From contig OZ241875.1 in NCBI GenBank assembly GCA_965203325.1, positions 672,001 to 736,000 on the forward strand: a stretch of 64,000 nucleotides of DNA, given 5' to 3'. The stretch's first letter is position 1; each line of letters starts with the position of its first letter. Shown here piece after piece: positions 30,206 to 39,485 of this stretch. The notes under the pieces were generated by a model. The model ran no database searches. It saw nothing but the letters and a program-made list of their open reading frames with translations, and had not been told where the DNA came from. This stretch comes from a bacterium. GTDB taxonomy: Bacteria > UBA8248. Made by a program: the position numbers and the translations under genes.

Positions 30206-30838
30206 ATGAGTGAGTTGAAAGAGCCGATCGTAGTGGTGAAATACTCGGATTACACATGACCTTTTTGCTATGTCGCCACCGTGGGTGGCACGCCCGTCAT
30301 TGAAGAAGACCCCGACGTCGTCGTCGAGTGGGTCAGTTGGGAGGGGAGACCGCCCGGCCAGGAGTTCGCCGGCTACTCGCCCGAGCAGAAACAGGAAAGT
30401 TACGAGAATAACCACAAACCTCTCGCCGAGAAATACAACGTGCCCATCCGGGTGGCGGGAGGCGACTACCGCACGACCAACCTCCACATGGCCACCTATT
30501 ACGCCCGCGACAAGGGCAAGTTCAAGGAATTCCGGAATCGCTGCTACAAGGCCCGCTGGGAGGACGACCTGAACCTGGAGGATCTGGACGTCATCGCCGG
30601 GCTCGGTGAGGACGTCGGCCTCGACGGAGAGGAAATCAAGGCCGTCATCGCCGAGGGACGCTACATCGGCGCGCTGCACAGCCAGCGCGCCCAGGGAAAA
30701 GGGTTGGGTATTTACGGCATCCCCACGTTCGTGGTGGAGGGAAAGCTCTTTTGGGGGAAAGACGTCATCGACGACGTCAAGGCCGAGGTCGCCCGCGTGA
30801 AGCAGGAACGACTCGAAAAAGAGAAAGAGGAGAGCTAG
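30206..30838 (+). CDS. DsbA/FrnE-family protein, probable selenoprotein (in-frame TGA at 30257-30259)
   Basis: GGAGG RBS, then MSELKEPIVVVKYSDYT-U-PFCYVA (UxxC in place of CPFC), in frame with the 30281 ORF. GIYGIPTFVV, FWGKD; hairpin gccacc-gtg-ggtggc after the UGA. Confidence 0.88.
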
Positions 30839-31070
30839 CCTTCGCCTCACCCGTATGAATCAGGCGCCCGCTCCCGCGGGGTCGCCGAACCGCCCCGTTT
30901 CCGGGCCGGGCGGGCGGGTTCGCCGCGCGGGGAAAGGCGGGCAGTTGCGCGCAAATGCGGGGCTGCGAAAAAACTTTTTAATTCGATAAATATCTGAAAA
31001 TAATTCATTGTCTGCTTTATGTTATCCAGGCAACTATTTGAATAAATACGAAATATCACTTTTCTTTCTA

Positions 31071-31116
31071 TTCGATAAATCTCTAGGAATTTATCGAAAA
31101 ACCCCGTGAATTTATC
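31071..31116. repeat. TTCGATAAAT palindrome plus inverted copy of the 1953-1984 motif
   Basis: ttcgataaat-ctctagga-atttatcgaa (10-8-10 perfect IR); a further ttcgataaat at ~30982. Confidence 0.85.
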
Positions 31117-31589
31117 GTATTATCCAGAATATGAAAATTAAATCATTGTTTTCAAGCCAGTTATAAATTCCTTGAAATAAATGTAATCAAAACGCAAGCG
31201 GACTCATTACAACCCCGGAGCATTCCAGGGGGCGCGAGTCGTCGAAGACCGGTAAATCGTTCGTTGGCAGGGTGATAATACCACAAGGCTCAGAGGCAGT
31301 TGTTGGTATGGCACGGCGTATCCGATTCGGGTCGGCGAATTTTTGATGCTCATCACCCCATGAGAGAATGATTACCGGGGTGGCAGGCCGGGTAGGCGGA
31401 GGCATTGCTGCGCCCCGCCTGCCCGGCCGAATATTTTATGTGTCCTCCAGAATCCGGGCCGTTGGCATACAATCCACGAAGGAATGTCCGCCTATTTCGG
31501 CTTGGCCGTATTGTATTCGGCGGACGACCCGGAACGTCAGCATACGATGCGATAAAAACGAATGAAACAGAGAATCGGCGTCGTTCGAC

Positions 31590-31705
31590 CTGCGGACGGG
31601 TAGCGCGCAGCGCCTTGCCGCGGCAGGCGCTTCTCCGGTCGAGATGCAACTCGCCGGGCGCCGCCAATCGGCGGTCATTCGCAGGGACGACTCGCGAAAC
31701 AGCCC
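31590..31705 (+). pseudogene. Degenerate fragment of the Cre-like recombinase C-terminus
   Basis: Translates LRTGSAQRLAAAGASPVEMQLAGRRQSAVI versus LRVGGAQSLATAGASLVEMQIAGRWQSPVM in the intact gene; the DNA also shares cgcagggac.actcgcgaaacag. Confidence 0.75.
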
Positions 31706-31949
31706 ACTGCGGCGTGAACGAAAGAGGCTTTCGAGCTCTCGCCCGGGGAGCGGCGTCCTTCCTTTTTTTCCGCAGCGCCTCGCTGCACGTTCTCCGGCGA
31801 CCCTCGTTTTCCGGAAAACCCCCTTGATTTCAGGCTGAACCGATGAGCGATCCGCGCACGGACGCAGGCGCGGACTCTTCCCGGGTGTACCTTCCGCGCT
31901 AGAAACAACGATTGAACGGGCGCTCGTCCTTTCCTTATGTTCGCGCGCC

Positions 31950-32669
31950 ATGACCGCGTTCGACGACGATACCGGCACCCCGCTGGACGAGCGAATGCGC
32001 CGGAGCATTGCGCTCTGGCGCGCGCGCCGCGGGATGAGCGCGAGGCGCTTCGGGGTGGGTGCGCTGGGGATTCCCGGCTTCGTGGGCCTGCAGGCCCGGG
32101 GGCGGCCCCTGCGGGTCGACACGGCGGACCGGGTGCTCGCGTTCATGGGGTACCCGCCCCTGGGACCGCTCCTGCGGGCCGAGGTCGAGGCGTTTCTCGT
32201 GGTGAGCAGGACCAAGGTCTCGATCCTGGGCGAGGAGACCGTGGGGAATCCCTCCTTCGTGGGGAGGCTACGCGGGGGCGTTTCGCCGTATCTCAAGACC
32301 TTCGACCGGGTGCGCGCCTGGATGGCGGCCAACGCGACGGGAGAGGAGATCCGCGCCATACGCGAGAGGCTCGCGCACTTGCCCGACCCGTTCGACGGGA
32401 CGTGGGACGTCGCCGGGGAACCCGGGGCCGCGGGAGACGTCGATGAACTTGCGGAGGAGAACCACCTGGACACGCGGGAGGCGGCCGCCTGGCTCGGCCT
32501 CTCGCCCAAGACGCTCGAGCGCTACCGCGTGAGCGGAGAGGGGCCGGATTTTCTTCGCACCGGATACCGGGTGCGCTACCTGCTCGAAGACCTCGAGAAG
32601 TGGGCCTCCGCCCGGAGGTGGACTTCCACGTCCGAGGAGAGATCCGCCCGGAGAAAGAAGAGGCGGTAG
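31950..32669 (+). CDS. DNA-binding protein: two tandem phage-type HTH repeats plus C-terminal excisionase/AlpA-like HTH
   Basis: Repeats ...G.P.FV..L..G......T.DRV.A(F/W)M twice; LDTREAAAWLGLSPKTLERYRVSGEGPDF...VRY..EDLEKW. Confidence 0.75.
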   Translation: MTAFDDDTGTPLDERMRRSIALWRARRGMSARRFGVGALGIPGFVGLQARGRPLRVDTADRVLAFMGYPPLGPLLRAEVEAFLVVSRTKVSILGEETVGNPSFVGRLRGGVSPYLKTFDRVRAWMAANATGEEIRAIRERLAHLPDPFDGTWDVAGEPGAAGDVDELAEENHLDTREAAAWLGLSPKTLERYRVSGEGPDFLRTGYRVRYLLEDLEKWASARRWTSTSEERSARRKKRR

Positions 32670-32698
32670 AGAGATATTCGGGATTAGTCGGACGGACT

Positions 32699-33571
32699 TC
32701 ACCGCCCGTAGCGCAGCCTCGCCATCGCGCCCTGTTTCGCGAGTTGTCCCTGCGCGTAGCGCCCCGGCATGACCGGCGACTGCCAGCGCCCGGCAATCTG
32801 CATCTCGACCAGCGACGCCCCCGCCGTGGCCAGGCTCTGCGCGCCCCCCACGCGCAGGCTGTGCCCGCTGATGCGCCCCTCCACGCCCGCGGCCTTCCCC
32901 CACCGCGCGATGATGCTCCGGATGCTCCTCTCCGTCAGGCGCCCGGGCCGAAGCCGTCCCCCCTTGTACACGCCCCGGAAGAGCGCTCCCTCCTCGAGAC
33001 CCGCGCTCGCCAGCCAGGCCCGGACGCGCGTCACGGTCGGCTCGCCCAGAAACTGCACGACGCCATCGCCCTCCTGGTCCGTCTTCGAGCGGCGGATCAG
33101 CACCGTCTGCTCGTCCAGGTCCACGTCCTCGATGTCGAGCGCCTCGACCTCCGACACCCGGAGCAGGGCGTCGCTCGCCACCGCCACGATCGCCGCGTCG
33201 CGCAGACCGGCCAGGGTCCCCGTCCCCTCGGCCAGCGCCGCCGCCCGGTCCGCCTCCTCCCAGCGCACCCCCACCACCTGGCCCCGGCCCCGCTCTGCGG
33301 CCAGGCGCCTGAAGCCGGCCAGCACCCGCTCCGAGGCCGCCCCCACTGGGGAGGGCCGGCCGTTCAGCTTCGCCCGGAAGCGAAGCGCCGCGACCGCCAT
33401 CGCGGCCACGGCCGCCGAGTGCCCCCCCTCGTAGAGATCCCCCAGGTACGCCGCTATCCCGGCGTCGGTCTCGGGGTTTCCCGAGCGCTCGAACCTCCTG
33501 AGCGCCGTCTCGTACACTCGCCGCGTGTTCTCAGACATCGACGCCTTCGCCAGGTAGGCGGCCGTTTCCAT
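32699..33571 (-). CDS. Cre-like tyrosine recombinase
   Basis: Catalytic set LRVSE (R), RRSKTDQ (K), SGHSLRVG (HxxR), AGRW (W, as in Cre), GRY (Y); N-terminal 'SENTRRVY'. Confidence 0.93.
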   Translation of the reverse strand: METAAYLAKASMSENTRRVYETALRRFERSGNPETDAGIAAYLGDLYEGGHSAAVAAMAVAALRFRAKLNGRPSPVGAASERVLAGFRRLAAERGRGQVVGVRWEEADRAAALAEGTGTLAGLRDAAIVAVASDALLRVSEVEALDIEDVDLDEQTVLIRRSKTDQEGDGVVQFLGEPTVTRVRAWLASAGLEEGALFRGVYKGGRLRPGRLTERSIRSIIARWGKAAGVEGRISGHSLRVGGAQSLATAGASLVEMQIAGRWQSPVMPGRYAQGQLAKQGAMARLRYGR

Positions 33572-33703
33572 TCCCTGAGGCCGCCCGAGCGCCTCATTAC
33601 GCTCAAGGGCCTCGTCAAATACCAAGTATAGACGACGACGGGGAATTTCCACAAAAAAAGCCGTTTCGCAGGGGAATACCGGCGAAACGGCGGGTTTCTG
33701 GAG

Positions 33704-33904
33704 TCCGATAATTGACGTTATCGGAAAGTTAAACACCTCTCACGGCCATGTCAAGCGCAATTCCGGGGTCCCCGGAGGGGTTTCGGGCGCCGTTTTGCGC
33801 CTTCTTTCGCTCATCTTTCGCTCATGTGCGGCCCGAATGCCCCCCGAAACGGGTTTTTCGGCGGAAAACGGGGCTTCTGGGGGCCAATAACGTCAATTAG
33901 CGGA
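33704..33904. promoter_or_regulatory. Two inverted lox-like sites enclosing a sigma70 promoter (candidate invertible switch)
   Basis: Site 1 tccgataa-TTGACG-ttatcgga (33704-33725); site 2 gccaataa-CGTCAA-ttagcgga (33883-33904). Minus-strand TTGACA(33754-33749)-17 nt-TAACTT(33731-33726). Confidence 0.7.
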
Positions 33905-34016
33905 CACCAGCCCGGGTTCGAGGCGGCGCATACCGCAGGAATCCGCCTCTCGCGGAAAGACTCACGACCGGCTGCGTCAGCTTGAACCCGAAATCTCGGA
34001 ACAGGGGGCATTCCAA

Positions 34017-37000
34017 ATGAAGAACATTACACGGATCTCGATACTGCCGGCGGCGGCGTTCTGCAGCGCGGCCCGGCGGCGTGAAGTGCGCCCGGCCGGG
34101 GCGCGCACGCCGGCTCCCTCGACATCGGCGGGCTCCAGACGGGCTGACGCCCGCACCGGGCGCGCCCGCGCCCGCCGCCTCTCCCTCCTCCTCCCCGTCC
34201 TCGCGCTGCTGCTCGGCGCGCTCGGCCTGTTCGCCGCCGGGACGGCGGAGGCGGTCCCCGCCCAGCCGCAAGGATTCACGCTCACGCCGGGCAATCAGGT
34301 GCTCATGGCGACGTGGAATGCGGTCACGGATTGGGGCGGACAGAACGCGGACGGTTACAGCCTGCGCTGGAGGGTGAAGGAGCCCGTAGGCAGTTGGTCC
34401 ACCGTTGTCCAGCGCTCCACCTCACAAACTACGTACACGATCACCGGGCTGGTCAACGGCACGGAGTACGAGGTCGAACTCTGGTCGCGCGCCAGCGTTG
34501 GGCAAAACCGGCAGGTGAGCGCGGCCGTGACGGCGACCGGCACGCCCGTGGCGGCGCAGAACAACGCCAACCTGTCCGCCCTGACGGCGGCGACCCACAC
34601 GAGCGCGACGGGCACGTTCACGTCGCTGACGCTCACGCCCTCGACCTTCGCGGCGACCACCACGTCCTACACGGCGTCGGTGTTGAACGCGCGGACGCAC
34701 CTGAAGCTCACCCCGACGGTGGCCGCCACCGGCGCCACGGTGAAGGTGGGCAAGCAGGGGACCACGCTGGCCACGGTCACCAGCGGCTCGGCGAGCGCCG
34801 CCATCGCGCTCTCGGTGGGCGCGAACGCCATCACGGTCGAGGTCACCGCCGCGGACAACACCACGAAGAAGACCTACACCGTGACGGTGACGCGGGCCTC
34901 CTCCTCCGTCTGGTCGGCGACGTTGACGCCGGTGGCAGTCTCAGGGGGAGTCGGCTGCAATAGCGAGACCCTATGCAATACGGCACTGACCGACAACAGC
35001 TTTACGGTCGGCGGCACGAACTACCGTTTTAACACTGTTTTCAACGCCAGTTCGGGTTTGCAAGTAGGCATCACTCCAATTGGAGCAAACGCTGAACTTG
35101 CGGCACTGAAGTTCTGTGTCGGCACAACAGAATATTCGTTTAACCTAGGCGCCACTATTTTACTTTCGAACGACAACCCCGGCTGGACCGCCGGCACCCC
35201 GGTCTCCCTCAGAATCGCCTCGTCCTGCGCGCAGCAGACCACGACGCCGACCCCGACGCAGTCCACCGACGCGACCCTGTCCGGCCTGACGGCGACCCAG
35301 GCCACGAGCGCCTCGGGCCCGTTCTCGGCGCTGAGCATCGGCAACTTCGCCTCGGGCACCACGACCTACGCGGCGTCGGTGGCCAATTCCATAACCCACG
35401 TGAAGCTGACCCCGGCGGTCACCGACTCCGGCGCCACGGTGAAGGTCGGCAAGGGCACGAGCCTGACCACGGTCGCGAGCGGCACGGCGAGCGGCGCTAT
35501 CCCGCTCTCGGTGGGCGCGAACGCCATCACGGTCGAGGTCACCGCCCAGGACGGCACCACGACGCGGACCTACACCGTGACGGTGACGCGCGCGCAGGCG
35601 CAGACGCAGGCCCCCGCCCCCGTCGTCCCGACCGGGCGGGGGGAGACCGTCTGGTCCGCCACCCTGACGGCGCAGAATGTGGTGCCCTCCGTCGTCGTTG
35701 GTTGCACAGGGTCCGGGTCTTCAAGTTGCGCTCTGACGAGCGTGCTCACGGACGACGACTTCGGCCTCTTCGGGAAGACGTTTACGATCACGCAAATTCA
35801 GCAGACGTCTGCGGGGGCCCTCGATATCGGCTTCGACCAGTCAATCTCGACGCAGACGGCGAGGCGCCTGACGCTGCATGTCGGCGACCGCGAGTTTCCG
35901 CTGGCGGAGGCGACTTATTCGTCGGGCAACACTACGGCGACCTGGACCAGCTCCGGCCTGACCTGGTCGGCGAGCCAGCAGGTGCCGCTGCGCCTGACCC
36001 TCGGGCCGCGCTGGAGCGGCGTGGCCTACGAGGGCGGCGGGCTGCTGCCCGGCCCGACCGGGGGCAAGGAGCTGCTGGTCGCCGAGGACGGCTCGGCCAC
36101 CTTCGGGGTCAAGCTGACCCATGCGCCCACGGCGAACGTGACCATCCGGCTGTACAAGTTCGCTCCCGCTGCGATTCACGGGAACGTGAACGCCGTCACC
36201 ATCAGCCCGAAGGAGCTGACCTTCACGCCGGCCAACTACGGCACGGCGCAGACGGTGACCGTCACCGGGGTGCCGGACGGCAACGCCGCCCACGAGCACC
36301 TGTACATCCTGGCCGCGTCGTCGAGCGCGGACGCGAACTACGCGCTTCAGGACGGGCACGAGGCGCTCTTCGTCACCGTGACCGACGGCGCAGGCGCGGT
36401 GAAGGTGGGGCTCTCGCGCGGCGCGGCGCGCGAGTCGGGCGACGGCACGGCCACGAATGCGCCCGTGACGGTGTGGCTCAACCGCGCGTCGACCTCCCAG
36501 GTGCGGGTGACCTACGCGACGGCGCCCGACACCTCCGCGCCGTCGAACAAGCGGGCGACGGCGGGCTCGGACTACACGCACGTCTCCGGCACGCTCGTCT
36601 TCTCGCCGGGCCAGACGCGCAAGACGGTGCAGGTCCGGATCCTCGACGACAGCGTCGAGGATTCGGGGGAGAGCTTCCGCTTCGTGCTGTCGAACGTGCA
36701 GGGGGCGACGCTGGAGCAGGGCTACGGCCGTGCGACTATGGTCATCCTGAACGACGAGGCGCAGATCGACGGGCTGTCGGTCGAGGGCGCGCCGGGCGCG
36801 GGCGGGCCGTGGGCGAAGCTCGACATCGGCACGTTCGCGCCGGAGACGGCGGACTACGCGGTGACGGTGCCGCACGGGACGACGCACGCGCGGGTGACGC
36901 CGGAGACGGCGGACGAGGACCTGCTGCTCTGGGCGGGCAGCGGCACGGGGCTGGCGTCGGTGCGGAGCGGCCAGGCGGGCAGCACGGTGGCGCTCGCGGT

Positions 37001-39485
37001 CGGCGAGAACGTGCTGATGGTGCAGACGCGGGCGGCGACCGGCAAGCGGCAGACCTACCGGGTGACGGTGACGCGGCAGGCGCGCCCCGGGGTCGCGGTG
37101 TCGCTCTCGGCCACGCCGAACCCGGTGGGCGAGGGCTCGCCGGTCACGGTGCGGGCGACGCTGGCGGAGGCGCTGGCGCAGGCGGTGACGATCCCGCTGC
37201 GGACGACGCGGGGCACGTCGGAGGCCGGGGACCACGGGTCTCTCGCGTCGATCGCGATTCCCGCCGGCTTCACGTCGGCCACGGGCACGGTGTCGACGGC
37301 CGAGGACGGCGACGGGGACGACGAGACGTTCACGGTGGCGCTGGGGAGCCTCCCTGCGGGCCTGACCGCGGGCGCCGCGTCCTCGGTGCGGGTGACGATC
37401 ACCGACAACGGGCGGCAGGCGCCGGATCCGCTGACGGCGCGGCTCAGGGGCGCGGTCGCGGAGCATGACGGGGAGACGCCGTTCATGCTGGAGCTGGTGC
37501 TGAGCGAATCGCTCGATTCGGGGAGCCGGTGGCCTTCGGCTGCGTCGTTCGCGGTCAAGGGCGGGAGCGTGGAGAGCGTCCGGCGGTTCCGGCCGTACCG
37601 GTACCAGGTCCACGTCAAGCCGAAGTCGTGGAAGGACGTGACGGTCACGCTGGCGGGCGGGCGCGCCTGTAGCGAAGAGGGCGCGATCTGCACGGCCGAC
37701 GGGAGGTCGGTGTCGAACACGTCGACGATGACCGTGGGCGGCCCGGTGCGGATCCGGATCGCGGGCGCCAGGGCGAAGGAAGGCAAGAACGCATCGCTCG
37801 ACTTCGCGGTGACGCTCAACCGCGCGGCAGGGCATGAGGTCTCGGTGGACTACGCGACCGAGGACGACACGGCGGCGGCGGGGTCGGACTACACGGCCAC
37901 GTCGGGCACATTGACCTTCGCGGCCGGCGAAACGGCGAAGACGGTCTCGGTTCCGGTCCTCGACGACGCTATCGACGAGGGCAAGGAGGTCATGCGGCTG
38001 CTGCTCTCGAACCCGAAGGGGGCGTATCTCAGGAACGTCCACACCCGGGCGCGGGGGGTCATCACGAACGACGACCCGCTGCAAAGGATGTGGCTCGCGC
38101 GCTTCGGGCGCACGGCGGCGGGCCACGTCGCCGAGGCGATTGACGGACGCCTGTCGGGCGGCGCCGCCGCGGGCGTCGTGCTGGGCGGCCACAGCCTCTC
38201 CGGCGGGGCGGAGCGCGAGGCTATCGAGTCGCGCCTCGCCGAGGCCCTGCTTGAGGAGAGGGAGGCCCGGCTCGGGCGCGGCGGGGAGGCGCCGGCATCC
38301 CCGGTGCGCGAGGTCGCGATGTCCGATCTCCTGCTCGCGAGTTCGTTTCACATGGCCTCGTCCGGCGGCGGGGACGCGCCGGGGGGGCTCTGGTCGCTGT
38401 GGGGCCGGGGCGCGCGCTCCTCGTTCGAGGGCGCCGAGGGCGATCTCTCGCTGGAGGGCGACGTGACGACGGCGACCGTGGGCTTCGACTACGAGCGGGC
38501 GCGCTGGCTGGTGGGCGTGGCGCTCTCGCGAAGCGCGGGCGACGGCTCGTACAAGGCGGGCGGCGCGTGCGATACGGGCTGCGCGGGCGAGGTGGAGAGT
38601 ACGCTGACGGGTGTCTACCCCTACGCGCGCTACCGTGTGAGCGGGACGTTCTCGCTCTGGGGCGCTGTGGGCCACGGGCAGGGGGAGATGACGCTCACGC
38701 CCGGGGGGTCGTCCCCGGTGGAGGCCGACGTGGCGATGGGCATGGCGGCGGCGGGGGCGCGCGGGGTCGTTCTGCCCGCGCGCGAGGCGGGCGGGTTCGA
38801 GCTCGCGCTCCGCGCGGACGTCCTGGTGACGAACACGCGCTCGGACGCTGCGGCGGGCCTCGCGGAGACCGAAGCGCAGACGAGCCGCGTGCGCCTCGTG
38901 CTGGAGGGTTCGCGCTCGCTCAGGTTCGGCGAAGGCCTGCTGACGCCCTCGCTGGAGATAGGGTTCCGGAACGATTCGGGCGACGCGGAGACGGGCGGCG
39001 GGGTGGAGGCCGGCGGCTCGGTCCGCTGGGCCTCGGGGGCCCTGACGACGGAGGTGCGCGCGCGCGGCCTGCTCTCCCACGGCGCCGGCGGTTATGAGGA
39101 ATGGGGCGTGAGCGCCTCGGTGGAATATGCTCCGGGCTCCGGGGGACGGGGCCTCACGCTTCGGGCGGGATCCTCGTGGGGCGCCTCCGCCGGCGGTGCG
39201 GAGCGGCTCTGGTCGCAGGCGGCGGGCCTGACGCCTGCCGGTGGGTTCGAGCCGGGCGCCGCTGGCTTCGAGGCCGAGGCGGCCTGGGGCCTGGACGCCC
39301 CCCGGGGGCTGCTGACGCCCTATACGGGCGTGGCGGTCTCGGGGAACGCAGAGACCTGGCGCGCGGGCGCGCGGTGGAAGCCCGGGGCGGCCACGGAGGT
39401 GAGCCTCGAGGCGAGCCTCACCGAACAGGCGGGCGGCGGGAGACCAGAAGGCGGCCTCCTGCTCAGAGGCTCGAAGCGGTGGTAG
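34017..39485 (+). CDS. Large surface adhesin/autotransporter-like protein (FN3, cadherin-like beta-sandwich x3, Calx-beta x2, C-terminal beta-barrel)
   Basis: Signal-like LLLPVLALLLGALGLFAAGTAEA; YTITGLVNGTEYEV; TYTVTVTRA repeats; AGSDY...SGTL.F..G.T.KTV.V..LDD; amphipathic barrel ending in W. Confidence 0.85.
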   Translation: MKNITRISILPAAAFCSAARRREVRPAGARTPAPSTSAGSRRADARTGRARARRLSLLLPVLALLLGALGLFAAGTAEAVPAQPQGFTLTPGNQVLMATWNAVTDWGGQNADGYSLRWRVKEPVGSWSTVVQRSTSQTTYTITGLVNGTEYEVELWSRASVGQNRQVSAAVTATGTPVAAQNNANLSALTAATHTSATGTFTSLTLTPSTFAATTTSYTASVLNARTHLKLTPTVAATGATVKVGKQGTTLATVTSGSASAAIALSVGANAITVEVTAADNTTKKTYTVTVTRASSSVWSATLTPVAVSGGVGCNSETLCNTALTDNSFTVGGTNYRFNTVFNASSGLQVGITPIGANAELAALKFCVGTTEYSFNLGATILLSNDNPGWTAGTPVSLRIASSCAQQTTTPTPTQSTDATLSGLTATQATSASGPFSALSIGNFASGTTTYAASVANSITHVKLTPAVTDSGATVKVGKGTSLTTVASGTASGAIPLSVGANAITVEVTAQDGTTTRTYTVTVTRAQAQTQAPAPVVPTGRGETVWSATLTAQNVVPSVVVGCTGSGSSSCALTSVLTDDDFGLFGKTFTITQIQQTSAGALDIGFDQSISTQTARRLTLHVGDREFPLAEATYSSGNTTATWTSSGLTWSASQQVPLRLTLGPRWSGVAYEGGGLLPGPTGGKELLVAEDGSATFGVKLTHAPTANVTIRLYKFAPAAIHGNVNAVTISPKELTFTPANYGTAQTVTVTGVPDGNAAHEHLYILAASSSADANYALQDGHEALFVTVTDGAGAVKVGLSRGAARESGDGTATNAPVTVWLNRASTSQVRVTYATAPDTSAPSNKRATAGSDYTHVSGTLVFSPGQTRKTVQVRILDDSVEDSGESFRFVLSNVQGATLEQGYGRATMVILNDEAQIDGLSVEGAPGAGGPWAKLDIGTFAPETADYAVTVPHGTTHARVTPETADEDLLLWAGSGTGLASVRSGQAGSTVALAVGENVLMVQTRAATGKRQTYRVTVTRQARPGVAVSLSATPNPVGEGSPVTVRATLAEALAQAVTIPLRTTRGTSEAGDHGSLASIAIPAGFTSATGTVSTAEDGDGDDETFTVALGSLPAGLTAGAASSVRVTITDNGRQAPDPLTARLRGAVAEHDGETPFMLELVLSESLDSGSRWPSAASFAVKGGSVESVRRFRPYRYQVHVKPKSWKDVTVTLAGGRACSEEGAICTADGRSVSNTSTMTVGGPVRIRIAGARAKEGKNASLDFAVTLNRAAGHEVSVDYATEDDTAAAGSDYTATSGTLTFAAGETAKTVSVPVLDDAIDEGKEVMRLLLSNPKGAYLRNVHTRARGVITNDDPLQRMWLARFGRTAAGHVAEAIDGRLSGGAAAGVVLGGHSLSGGAEREAIESRLAEALLEEREARLGRGGEAPASPVREVAMSDLLLASSFHMASSGGGDAPGGLWSLWGRGARSSFEGAEGDLSLEGDVTTATVGFDYERARWLVGVALSRSAGDGSYKAGGACDTGCAGEVESTLTGVYPYARYRVSGTFSLWGAVGHGQGEMTLTPGGSSPVEADVAMGMAAAGARGVVLPAREAGGFELALRADVLVTNTRSDAAAGLAETEAQTSRVRLVLEGSRSLRFGEGLLTPSLEIGFRNDSGDAETGGGVEAGGSVRWASGALTTEVRARGLLSHGAGGYEEWGVSASVEYAPGSGGRGLTLRAGSSWGASAGGAERLWSQAAGLTPAGGFEPGAAGFEAEAAWGLDAPRGLLTPYTGVAVSGNAETWRAGARWKPGAATEVSLEASLTEQAGGGRPEGGLLLRGSKRW

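Noticed and set aside
31190..31430. Possible riboswitch/ncRNA with a strong GC hairpin at ~31386-31428
   Set aside because: No recognisable family consensus; hairpins are common in GC-rich intergenic DNA. An Rfam search would be needed.
35841..39080. 1079-aa minus-strand ORF and 588-aa alternative-frame ORF (35702-37468)
   Set aside because: Shadow frames of the GC-rich adhesin gene; Arg/Ala/Gly-rich with no motifs.
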